From: Basidiobolus meristosporus CBS 931.73
Taxonomy: Eukaryota; Fungi; Basidiobolomycota
Reading direction: 5' to 3'
Assembly: GCA_002104905.1 (NCBI GenBank)
Contig: MCFE01000206.1
Location: 65,813-129,812 of the forward strand
DNA length: 64,000 nt
Under the pieces are notes generated by a model. That model worked only from the letters and a program-made list of their open reading frames with translations. It was not told the DNA's origin and did not search any database. Shown here piece after piece: positions 28,854 through 41,014 of the stretch (its first letter is position 1; each line of letters starts with the position of its first letter). A program made the position numbers and the translations under genes.

Positions 28854-30174
28854 TTAGGCCGAGGGCAGCAGCACGCACTCCGCCATGATGCAGATGTGGT
28901 CTGACGATAGAGTCTCAGAAGGCAGAGCGGTTTCCTGAGTCAATTCTTCGGGCAGAGGAATGCTGAGCACTCTGCGCGGAATGATTCTGTCGAAAGTATC
29001 ATCTTTCAGCCTGAAAATATAGTCCAGGGTGGCTTGGAAAAAGCTTGTGTAATTGGTATATCCTGGCTCCTTGTTAACTGGTTGCGGATGATGCTCGGTA
29101 AACAAAGAATATATACTCTCCCAGCTAGGAAACTTGGCATTTTTCTCAAGGAGGTACTCGCCACTGGGCTGGCTCTCACCAACATAAACCTCCTTTAGTC
29201 TGGTTTCGAGTTTGATCCTGGCAAGTTCTTCAGTGCTGGGCGTCTCGCTGGGCTCCCATTTTTCAAATTTGTATGGGTCTAGACGCTGCCGCAAGTCTGA
29301 CCCAAGTGTTTGCCCAGTTACTGAAAGGTAAGGTGCCGAATTTGGTTGGAAGTTGAAATCGCCACAAATCAATACCGGGAAATTATAGTTGGCGTTAATT
29401 CGAGAAATGACGTTGTTCAAGTGAAGAGCCTGTCTCATTCGGATGGAGTCGACGTACGGTCTCCAGTAGAGATGAGAAGAAGTTACAATCAAGCCGTAGT
29501 TTCCTTTCTCCTCAGAATTGGCCTTCAATGCGACAACAAGACCTACATTGCGGGTCCGTAACAGAGCTTCAGGATGAGTGACGGGTATGTCAGTGGAGAC
29601 TAATTGCTGTTCGCTCTCAGCTAGAGCAGTTGTCGGAGTGGGTATTTGAGTGTAACTTTCGGCACCGGAGGTAATTTCATCTCTATCGTAGATAACTTTG
29701 TAGTGACTCAAGTGGCTGAACTTCTCCTTCTTCCACAATATGGCACATCCATCCTTCTCTGAATTTCCATCCTTCTGATGATATCTACCCTCGTAACCAG
29801 CCTTCGTCAGCTCAGGGCCAAAGAAATCCTCATATTTGTCCAACTAGAGATTTGTGGTTTAGAACGGTGTAGGGTAAATAGGGGGACAATGCCTATTGCA
29901 ACGCCAAGGTCAAGTCGCTATATGCGTATCAACACACTAGAATGATGGAAGCACAACCTACCTCCTGTAGACAGAGAATGTCTGGGGAATGAGACAAAAT
30001 CTCGTTTAATATATTGGTTTTCCGGTGAGTCCAACGAAGGGCTTTTTTGGTTGCGTACGGAAACAGAGTGCGTTTGATCAAGCACTGGGCCAAAACATTG
30101 TACGTCAGAATGGTGAAGGAGATTCCTTCTTTCGAAATGGGTTGACTCAGGGCGGGTGTCCAAGTACGAACCAT
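28854..30174 (-). CDS. CCR4/nocturnin/Angel (Ngl-like) EEP-family phosphatase/deadenylase, two exons
   Basis: TILTYNVLAQ, DILCLQE, GCAILWK, SSHLYW, CGDFNFQP, TLDYIF, SDHICI. Confidence 0.9.
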
Positions 30175-30761
30175 TTTGTATAGTCAACCTGCTTCAAGTG
30201 CAAACTATCTAATAAACTTTTATTTTTTTTCTACAACAGCCTATGATTATCACACAGGATGGTCTTAAGATAAATGGAATTTGATGCGATTGAAGGTTGA
30301 GTGCTAATCAGAGCCATGATTGTAGCAGAATGCCAGGATGTATGACTGCTTCCTAAGCGGAATAGCCACTACCTCAAAACCTGTAACACTCATCAGTCCA
30401 CTGCTAAGAGCCCACTTGGATTATGCATACTCCCGTTTCGGAAAGAAATCCCGTTTGTCATCAGCAAGATTCAGAAGGCCTATTAGGAAAATGCACCAAG
30501 CCAAACTGTCTGGGTAAGCCGTAGCCCACGGGGTTCACCTCTTGGTGGTTGAACAGTATTGAAACTTGTAAAATAAGCTCGTCGTGATCGAAGTCTAAAA
30601 AATTTCGATCACTTCAACAAATCTCTATCTGGATCATACCTTAGTGTATTTGATGAAGAGCAGCAGATATCAGTCAGCGCTGAACGCGTATAAAAGCGCG
30701 GTATGCTCTACATTGCATATCATTCCAACCAAAGAGTTATTCCTCTACTCCCATCAAGAAC

Positions 30762-31424
30762 ATGCTTTTCAAGGTTTTCTTAGTCGCATCCCTGCTGTCC
30801 ATGGTTCTTGGTGAGATTCAAATCACCAGTCCAATGAACTCTATCTTCCGAGCTGGTTCAGATGCCCATATTGAATGGTAATACCAAAGAAGCTAACGAA
30901 TTTGCGGGATTGATTGCTGATGATATTGTGCCTTCTTTAGGATAAGCTCTGGAGATTCAGATTCGCTTGGAACTATAGACATCGTCCTAATGACCGGATC
31001 CGCTACTCGTTTAGCTCTCATTGGTACCATTGCCAACGATGTACCAGTGCAGGACGGTCAATATTTGTGGAAGGTTCCCGAAGAGCTACCACCAGCCAAA
31101 GACTACGTTTTACGTCTCGGTGCTAAGCAACAATTCTTCTACAGCACTAACTTCGAGGTGTCCGACAAGTCAGGCCCAGCTTATCCAGATGTGTTGAATG
31201 CGGGTGATACTCGTCCCAAGAAATCTACCACCGTCTCTTCCACCACTTCATCTGACAAGACCTCTGATTCAGCAAGTTCCAAGAAGGTTGATAGCTCCAA
31301 GCCCGCAACGCTCTCTGACAGCGCCGAAAGACCTGCCAAAGCTAAGAGCTCGGCAAAGAGAGTTTCACCAATGGGATTCGCTTTGGCTGCTGGAGTCACT
31401 GGCTTCTTTTTACTTTTCATCTGA
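30762..31424 (+). CDS. Secreted, probably GPI-anchored Ser/Thr-rich protein with Kre9/Knh1-like N-terminal domain
   Basis: Signal peptide MLFKVFLVASLLSMVLG; ITSP...IEW|...IDIVLMTG...YLWKVP...DYVLRL...FYSTNFEV; S/T/K-rich stalk; hydrophobic C-terminus GFALAAGVTGFFLLFI. Confidence 0.85.
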
Positions 31425-32603
31425 TGAGCCCATGTTACTACGTATTCCACGCACCCTTGTGTGCTATATCTATCAGTATCTGAATCAATTCTTATCTTTT
31501 CACAGTTGTATTAGGTAAACGGTGCTTATTTCGGTTTTCTAACCGAATGTGCTCGCCTACATATATTCTTTAATAAATAATGATGAAAAAACATATTGAC
31601 CCAGCAGCGCGGGAGCCAAGTTGCTCAACAATCCTATAGCCAGTATGCTTACCGCAAAATCAGACAACGTTCGCAAAACACCCAATGCTATCGTGAAAAG
31701 GCATGTGGGCCTATCCAAGTATGGATCATCCATTGTTATAGTGATGTCTTTACTCAATACTGCCGAGCAGAAAACATCCCACTTACATCTGTTAGATGTG
31801 TAGTGTACAGATGTTTGTCTGAGTCCCATGGCCAAGGCATTGGGTGAAAGATCAGCCACCGGCATCGGGAAATCCATTGCGAAGCGGTGGTATGTCCAAG
31901 TTGCCAATGCAAATCTGTGAATGGGCGCTCTATGACCAGCAATCCACACATCGAGGATGTGCAGACACGTGAATACAACAAAATCCATTCAGTAATCAAT
32001 CAGGAATAGGTCCTATTCTAATACGTAGAATTGAGGTGGCTTGCGATTGGCGTTAACGCAGTGTATTCAGACATTCAGAAGCGTATAACAGGCCAGGGTT
32101 GCGGTGGCCGAGGATGGATCGGAGTTCCGGGATGTATATTAGGCGGCATTAGGGATTCTTTCGGATGGGTTTATGTCATGCCATTCCCGTTGACCTCATG
32201 CCAGGCCAGTTCAATCACTCAATCGCAATCTCCGTTTCATGGTTGAGCTATTGTGCTTCTGAATGTGCGCCCTGATCGGAGGATGGTCATATCGCATGAT
32301 CTAGCGATAAAAAAACATACAACTCCGCGTGACGTAAGCTCTGAATGTGGGTGAAATATTCATGTTGAACTGAGGGTATCCTTTGGAAATCCTTGGTGAC
32401 TACAGCTCTTTTCAGTCATTTTAGATCAGACACTCATGTTATATTATATCCTGATGAGGGTTTCGAAATAGCAGGATGTCAGAATGATTTCATTGCTGAT
32501 CTTTACGTGACCATTTTTTACTAATATAAATAGCCAAATGGATCTTCGCTTTCTATCAAGATATTCATTCCGTTCGTACCAAATCATTATCCAAACGATC
32601 TCT

Positions 32604-33857
32604 ATGCCAGGGCCTTCAACTATTGACGTGTTACAAAGTCGGGGTTCGTCTCCCATAGCAAACCAATATAGATATTCGAGAATGGCTGCTCTCTCCCCCA
32701 ACGAGTCGCCAGCAACGATGCTGTCACCGATCAAACCCAACTCTACAAAGTATTTCTTGACCTGTGGCTTAGGTGGTGTACTGGCTTGTGGCATCACTCA
32801 TACCGCTATAACCCCCCTGGATCTGGTGAAATGTAGACTACAAGTAAACCCTGGGCTATACAAAGGAAATCTTGATGGATGGAGGAGCATCATCCGACAG
32901 CAGGGCTTAAAAGGGATATACACAGGCTGGGGCCCTACATTCATAGGATATTCACTTCAAGGTGGTGGCAAGTACGGGTTCTACGAATTCTTCAAAGCGG
33001 TAAGATCTAAAACCATATAGAGCAGTTTTCTATCTGTGTTCGCTTTGCCTGTCCAACCTTTCTGTCTGGCACATCCACTAATATCCATTGGCCTTAGAAA
33101 TACTCCGACTTGGCGGGTGAAGAGAACGCCTACAAGTATCGTACAGCCCTTTACCTTGCCGCGTCAGCCTCAGCAGAATTCATTGCCGATATTGGTAGAT
33201 ATCATGAGTAATGTTACTTTTGCTTCGTACCAGGTCTAAGATATTGTTCGTTAGCATTATGTCCATTGGAAGCGCTAAAAGTACGTATGCAAACATCTAC
33301 CGAACCATTTGCCGCTAGCACTAGAGCAGGATTCCAAAAAATATTAAACGCCGAGGGATGGAATGGGTATTTGTCTAATCAACCAATTAATAGCACCATT
33401 ACAACGTGACTGATCGACGTAATCTAGCTTCTATAAAGGACTTAGCCCGTTGTGGGTACGTCAGGTGCCCTATACCATGATGAAATTCGCATCGTTCGAA
33501 AAAGCGGTAGAATACATCTACAGCATGCTGTCCAAGCCAAAGGAAGAATACAACTCACTACAGCAGCTTGGGGTATCATTTGCCGGAGGTTACACTGCAG
33601 GAATCCTGTGCGCTATTGTATCTCATCCTGCTGATACCATTGTTTCCAAATTAAACAACGTAAACTCCGAGAAGATATCCACATGGAAGGCCACTACTGC
33701 GATAGTTCAGGATATTGGGTTCTCTGGATTATGGCGCGGCCTTGGCACAAGAATCATTATGATTGGTACGTTGACCGCGTTACAGTGGCTCATCTATGAC
33801 AGCTTTAAAACCTATGTTGGACTGCCTACTACTGGTGGCTCTGGGAAAGAAAAATGA
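32604..33857 (+). CDS. PIC2: Mitochondrial phosphate (copper) carrier, Pic2/SLC25A3-like, multi-exon
   Basis: [28 protein letters not shown]; [17 protein letters not shown]; [11 protein letters not shown]; [14 protein letters not shown]; [12 protein letters not shown]; [14 protein letters not shown]; start could be 32538, 32604 or a later ATG. Confidence 0.9.
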
Positions 33858-34502
33858 GAGAAATGTGAAGTGACATTCTAATGGATTCCATCACGTGCTT
33901 GGAAACGCCGTTAGTACATAAATGTATATCCAAAATCATCTAAAAATAAAATGCGCTCGACTATATGCTGGGACGAATATGATTCATCACTGATCCGAAC
34001 CAGTCTGATAGATTGATGATATCGTATTCATTCATCACTAAGCTACGAATACTGCAACCTTACAACCAGGAACGGGCTAGCATTAAAGTACATCCGTGGT
34101 ACTCGAAAATCAGTTGCTTCGCATAGCAATAATCTTGGATAGCATTCTAATATCAACGCACACGTAACTTACGTACAAAGCTGATGTCAATTATACCCTC
34201 AACGGCTTCCAGAGAGTAAGAATCATTTGAATGGCCATCGTTTTCACCATGGGATGGAAAGCCATCAAATCCAAAGCAATTCAGCAGAATAGCATTTTCT
34301 GTACACCCATGGATCTTCAGTGTCAGAAACATCTGATCCTACAAAGCGCTATGGTGGCACAATGATTCTCTCGCTTTCCGTTTTTCCAGATATAGAGACG
34401 GCCGCTATATAAACTGGGTTGGTTCACTTGGTTATTTGTCCACTCTTGACAAAATTTCTTCGATTTCTATTTCTCTAGGTCGTAGTGATTACCTACCCTA
34501 CA

Positions 34503-36098
34503 ATGCATCCTTGGTTGCTAACCACAGTGGCCATTGTAGCTATACCGGCCCTATTGATATACAGATGGATCAGAGTGCCCTCACATTTGCTTGATGTTCC
34601 AGGAATATCCGTCTGGGCGGTAATTAGCTGTTTGTTCGCAAAAAAGGGATTCTCGACCGCTCTCCGTGAAAAGCTACAGCCTATTTTGGCTAAGCATAAA
34701 ATGGCGAAGGTATGGATACTCGTATCAACTCATGGCTCACATAACCTCATCGCATTAGTATAGGTATTTTCTGGAGCCATATGGATTGTCATCCTCTCTG
34801 ACCCAGATGACTGCAAAAAAGTACTATTGAAAACTGGTAGGGTATCATATTCGCTACGGTAGTACATGCCAACAATCCTGACAACCTTCGTAGAAACTTT
34901 TCCGAAGTACGAACAGTTCGGGACCAGCAGCGGGTTTCTGTTCGATTTCTTTGGCCGGAATATTTTGAACACTAATGGCCAAGAGTGGAAGAAACATCGT
35001 ATGGTGGCCAATCCTGCCTTCAGAAAGCCCTGGTCGACCAAGCTCTTTGGGGAATGCGTGTATGACCTCTTCTCCGCCATTGACAAGAACATCGACAGAG
35101 TACAGGACAGTCACGATCTAATGCAGCGGTTAACTTTGGATGCCTTAGGCCAGGGGTTGTTTGGTTATTGTTTTAACGCCCTGAAAGACAATAATGGGCA
35201 CCGGGCGAAACTGTATCACAATATGATGAAGGCTCTATTTGATCCCTACAGAGCCTTTTTCCCCTTCCTGTTAAAGCTTCCCTTGGAGAAGAATGATAGA
35301 TATGCGCGATATGTGCGCGAGTTCAACGAGCTGTTGTTGAGTATTTTAGGAGAGAAAAAAAAGGAATACCAAGAGAAACAAACGAATGGCACATTTGACG
35401 AGCGATCAACGGATCTGCTCTCTTTAATGATCAAATCTACTTATGAAGACCAACTTTTAACAAACGAAGAGCTGAGAAGCGACCTGTTGGTGTTTTTCAT
35501 TGCTGGTCACGACACGACGGCAAATTCTCTCGCATCGACTCTCATTTATCTGGCCATGGTGCCTGAATGCCAGGCGAAAGCTCGTCGCGAAGCATTTTCA
35601 GTGCTTGGGGATGATCCTGGAACATTCCCGACATCTGAACAGCAGGCACATGAACTACCGTATATCAATGCAGTTATAAAGGAGGCAATGAGACTTATAC
35701 CACCAGTCGCTAACCTAGGAACCAGAGAAAGTACGAAGCCGGCTGAATTTCAAGGGAAGATGTTCCCTGCAGGATCTTACTTCGGACCAGATGTATATGC
35801 TATCCAGAGAGATCCCAGGTATTGGAATAATCCAACTGAGTTTAACCCTGAGCGGTTTTTGCAGGAGGAGAAGGTGGCTCCGTATAGTTGGTTACCATTT
35901 AGCGGTGGATCCAGACAATGCGTAGGATTGAATTTCTCCATGATTGAGCAGCGAGTTACATTATCTATGTTGCTTAGAAAATACCAATGGTACCTACCCA
36001 AAGACTCGGTTCATGCAGATGGAGACTTCAAGATTTGCGCAACTGGGCTGTTAGCTCCGGAGAAAGCAGAGCTTCGCTTTGAGAAATTGAATTCATAA
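34503..36098 (+). CDS. Cytochrome P450, two short 5' introns
   Basis: N-terminal membrane anchor; I-helix FFIAGHDTTAN; ExxR (KEAMR); PERF; heme motif FSGGSRQCVG. Confidence 0.95.
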
Positions 36099-36285
36099 CC
36101 ACAGACAGGGTCACACGGGCTCCAAAGTATTAAACGAGTAGCGTTGGATCATTTACTTACATAAATTAAATGTTATTTACATTATTTCCGAGATCTTGTG
36201 TAATCTCTGGATGAAAAGCATGGAATCAGCTAAAGCAGCATTGGAGCCTCTCGGTACAATTTACAAAAGGTTGATATATACATAT

Positions 36286-37841
36286 TTAAGAGTGCATAAA
36301 CATGGTTGGTCCTACGAACTCTGATACGGGTGTTGGTAAGACATACAGCCCTCTGGAGGTGGACAGAACAATCTGCCCTACATCATTTACCGATATGTCG
36401 TACATTTCTTCAGGGCTTAAATGTTTGTAAAATTCATATTTTGTGGGGATAGGAATGGAGGCCAGCTTGCGAAGATCCTCAAGATGATATACCATGATTG
36501 TGCCATCATAGGTAAGTCCCAAGAAACAGGAGCCATGAACGCAGTATGATCCGAATATCCCTTCGCGGGATTGGATTTCTACTTGATAGAGTAGATGAGC
36601 CTGTTGTACGAGCTGTCCATTTTCTATCCTCTGTTGCAGCTCCCATAATATCACGAAATTCTTGTCTATTCCATTATCACCAGTGGTGATCATTTTGATT
36701 GCGTGTCTATCAATCGCTCTGCTGAATATAATGGCTAGCTCTGTACCCCAGGGGCATAATGCTCCGTTTGCCATCACTCGCCAGCTATCTCCTCCTAGCA
36801 GATCCCATATATACACGTCCCCATTATAGGTTGTTCCAAAAACGAGATGTCGGCCTTTAGCAGGGTAATAGTTCAGCATCTGTACATCGCTATTGTAGGA
36901 TCGTTTCGAGATTAGCTGGCCACTAACAAAATCAAAATTGAGAACAACCATGGAGTTCCTGCTCGATTCTATAGCAAAAAGAGTAAAAGCGCGTGGATTA
37001 GACTCGCCACCGAAGGGAACATCAAAGTTTCCGCAATAAAAAGTCGCCTGTGTTTGTGTACGGAATTCACTTTGCAAAGCAACATCATTTGCACTGTCCA
37101 TACGATAGAGCTGGATTCTATTCCATTCTATGCCGCGTGGGTCGTTGCCATAAGCTACCACGAAAACCCTTCGTTGCGAGTTCACGGCTATGAGCTCTAC
37201 GCGCTCCTCTCCGTCGATAGGAATACCATAATGTCCTTGGCATTTCCAATTGTTTTTGGACCATATGATGACGTTGTATTGCTCCTTCTCTACACATCCA
37301 CCATACCCTATAAGCCCTCCGAAGTGATCCTCGACAAGCCTTCGGGAAACATAGCGAAACTCCTTTTGCACGTTGCTTTGTACCATGTGCCTCCATTGCG
37401 GGCCAAACCTACTAGAGCAAAACGGAAGCTGGTACAGCAGTGGATTCGGAATATATTCGTTCCACGACCTTAGGAGCTCCCAATTGTTCTGAAACATCCG
37501 TCTCCAAGTCAAACCCTCGCTGTGTAATGCTTGATAAGCAATCCCATGCGAGAGGTTGGGTGACATCGCTTTATACGTTAGGAACCACAAATAGTCGTCA
37601 TCACAAAATCTTCAAACAACGGTGGGGGAAGGAGCAGCCATTAGTATCGAAATAGCGCCGAATATGAATGCCCAGAAACAACAAACCTTTTAAATCGATG
37701 GCATACAAGTCGCGCCTTGTTAATATACCTCGGGTGACTTGTGATGTAGGTTAGAACAGCCCACCAGATTTCATCTGAACCGTCTATCTCTTTCAAACGG
37801 GTAATAGGGGTATATGCTTTAAATGGATTGGTGAACAACAT
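36286..37841 (-). CDS. F-box protein with beta-rich (propeller-like) C-terminal region
   Basis: SDEIWWAVLTYI...KARLVCHRFK; splicing AG|gtttgt...gaag|A gives R-FCDDDYLWFLTY; 434-codon second exon with degenerate WD-like ends (DVYIWDL, FVILWEL, IMVYHL). Confidence 0.75.
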
Positions 37842-40480
37842 CCTTGCCTCGAGAAACCCAATAAGACGACTTCGTTGACAGTTGAACGACACGGAGTATT
37901 TGTGGAAAGAAGGTTCAGAGGATGTTTCAAGTGGTGCACCATCACCGCCGAATATTTATATGAGTAGTCTCTCGCAACCTATATGGTTTGGCGTTGATGG
38001 GAACTACTGATTGGATGAGGAAATGCAAGTCACCATGCCAAATAAATATGCTTTTAATATGGCACTTTTCTCTTGAATACTAGCGTAATCAGGTAGCAGG
38101 CTGTAATGAGATAGGTGAGTCTTACAAGTGACGATAGAGGTGCTCTATTTAGTAGCTGAAATACACCAATCAACAGCGTTACACCAGGAAATCTGGCTGA
38201 GAGCATTGAATTTGGCCGAAGTGGATCTAGATATTGCTCGTGTGGCTGTGTGATAGAGTGGACTTTAGAATTGCTCTCTATGGTTTTGACACATCGTGTT
38301 AGCCATCTTTCAGAATGTTGCATAATTCCTTATGTGATCCCATACACCAAGTGCATACACATGAGTGCTGTTTGTCGATCAAAGGCATATTGCTTGACGA
38401 CCTGAAAGCACATTCGCCTGTACGCAAAGTGGCTCCCAATGGTTTTCAAGTTCCGTGGATCACACCTGGGGATCTTGATGGCTTGGAATCAATATATCTT
38501 GATCAATGGATGGTGTATTCCAGAGTGATGTTACCAGCGAAGAGTAAGCTGCTTCCAATGGTACCAGGCACTATCCCAGCTCGATTGATTGGCAAATCAA
38601 ATGGTAACTCAGGATTGATAACCAATAATACCCTATATACTCCTGATTCCAACCAGATTATAAGCTCCGGTAACGGATACGAGCATCGGAGAGCAAAATC
38701 AGGAATAGGAAATTGTCGTAAATTCGAACCTGCTATCTTGACCTAGTTTCCATAGGTATCGTCCTAATCCGTTTAACAACTAGTTCCTTGATGAAGCAAT
38801 CTAAGTGGGTAGTTGTGCAAGTTCATATGCATATGTAAGCCACCATGGACGGTCTAGATGAAGAGGTGGCAACTTGGAATGTTATAAAAATATGCTTCAG
38901 TGATTTAACCTTAGCCAAGGTATACACACGAGAGCCAACCCTAGCATTCCGTTGATGGAATGGTTGTACTCGTCTAGCGACCATGCTTCCTATAGATTGC
39001 CCCTAATGAATAATGCTCACTGGTACAGTGTACTCAGTGGTGAATACTGAACATCCTGGATACGCTCATCTGAGGATTGGTGCAGCCGAGTTAATATACT
39101 CCTATCCATACCCATCATTTTGTGAAGTGCAACGACGCTGTACTGGGTCATTGAATGGGGAAGAATTAAATCATATCGGGTTTATCAAACCTAGCAATGC
39201 GTATTTGGATGATGGGATTGTATTTGGTTGGTATGCTTTGTAATGAAAGCAAATATTGCCAATCTAAGGTGGCGGCTACATAGGGCTACCAAACTGGGAA
39301 ATCACCAAGAGACCCATTGGGTCGCTCGAGCAAACCAATGATGTGTTGGGTGAGGTGGTGGTGGACGGCAACGCATATTTGCCGTACAATAGGAATCTAA
39401 ATCTAAAACTGCGACAATCCACTTTTACATCGAACCCAAAGAGATGGAACTATCCCAATAAGTGCCCTGGTTCACCAAGCGGCTTGGATAAGTTTGGGAC
39501 TAAATGAAATGTAATAATTCCTCTTGAGATCGATCGTCTAGAGTTAGTTTTACTGATGTTCCATGTTGTGCTGCATTAGCTGATTAGATGTATCGTTCGG
39601 ACGCATCTGTCTCTGGTTGCGTTGACTCCCCTTCACTACCAATTTCTGTGCTACATTGGGAAAGGGAATTCCCAAAATGAGATAGAGCTATCATTCGGTG
39701 TTGGTGGATCAGGAGAAATTCTCGGCATGATTTTTCCAGACAGTAGTTAAGCTGGTTGACAAAACTGAGACTGCTCGGAGAAATTCTCTATTTTAGTGAC
39801 ACACTCACGAGAATTCCTTCGAAATAGAGGGGATGACCGAGACCTCGGCTTTGGCGATTTTTACGTTTTCCGTCTTTGTAAAATCAAGCTTCGAGTGCCA
39901 ACGAGAGATTACAAATAGCGGCAATGCTCACGACATCTGCAGCCAATCCAGGCCACCGAGAAATTTGGAACATTGTGGATCGTAGAAAACACACGGTGCT
40001 GTGCCTCTGGTCTTTCTATTTACCATATTGATAAACCTTTAGAGATTTTCTATGAAACATGGCGTGGATGGTGTGGCTGCAATCTTCGAGAATCCTATAT
40101 GCTTTATCCGTCACAGCGATAGCATATGGTACCAGAGCTTCGAAGCACTCATGTGTCGGGTGGAAATGAAAACAATGAAACACCATGCAAACTATTGAGA
40201 GCACACTGGGGCCTTCAATCGACATAAGGTAGTATATTGGTCTTGAATATGGATGCATAGAGTTGAAAGCACCAAGTGCGGCGCCTACGTACAGTAATGG
40301 ACATCAAAGAAAATATTTCTAAGCATGTTTCGAGGCAGAACAGTCTCGTAACTTGGCTACGCTACTCTGTGGCTACAGAGTAGGAAAGGCCAATACACCG
40401 AAGCGGAGTTGAACCAATGTTGATTTGTATATTAGTTATCGCAATCAATTTTGGTCGAACATAGTTAATGAATGGGTCTT

Positions 40481-41014
40481 TTATCTAGTTGGTGAAGAAC
40501 AACATCCTTTTTCTTCGTGCTTCACCAAGCTATCACGTCGAGCGAAAGGCTTGGAACACTCCGAACAACGATATAGTGTGGTCGTCTGATGCACTGTAGC
40601 CAAATGTCGCCGTAAGTCATGTTTTCTCCCAAACGCTTTTGAACATTCTGGACACTTAAACGGGCGAGCTAGTTCGGGGTAGTGAGTTCGGGTATGGACG
40701 TTGAGATTGTATTTTCGAGCAAAACTCTTCATACAGCCGGGATAAATACAAGGATAGTGCTTGTCACTCGGCGTGGGCGGTGGCGTTGAATCATGCGTTG
40801 AATCGTATACAGAAAATGCATTGTGCGAGGTGGTCGTTGTTGTGGAAGCATGTTCTGATATTTGGTTTTCTTCAGCACTGGAATCTCGCGAGCTTACGGT
40901 GTCAGTATATGTTGCTGTAGTAGAAGTGCCTAATACTGTATCAAGAAAATTGTGTCTAGTGTGGTGGTCCTCATTGTTGAAATTAGATGAATTCTGGAGG
41001 CTCATGAGTTCCAT
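40481..41014 (-). CDS. C2H2 zinc-finger transcription factor (three fingers, Crz1-like finger residues)
   Basis: CIYPGCMKSFARKYNLNVHTRTH; CPECSKAFGRKHDLRRHLATVH; CSECSKPFARRDSLVKHEEKGC; S/T-rich N-terminus. Confidence 0.9.
   Translation of the reverse strand: MELMSLQNSSNFNNEDHHTRHNFLDTVLGTSTTATYTDTVSSRDSSAEENQISEHASTTTTTSHNAFSVYDSTHDSTPPPTPSDKHYPCIYPGCMKSFARKYNLNVHTRTHYPELARPFKCPECSKAFGRKHDLRRHLATVHQTTTLYRCSECSKPFARRDSLVKHEEKGCCSSPTR

Noticed and set aside
31557-32246. Small membrane-protein-like ORFs
   Set aside because: Overlapping frames give no consistent spliced model or known motif
38054-39243. Possible pseudogene or ORFs (38315-38746, 39013-39243 and a minus frame with stops)
   Set aside because: No recognisable motif; stop density in the protein-like frame is not clearly below random
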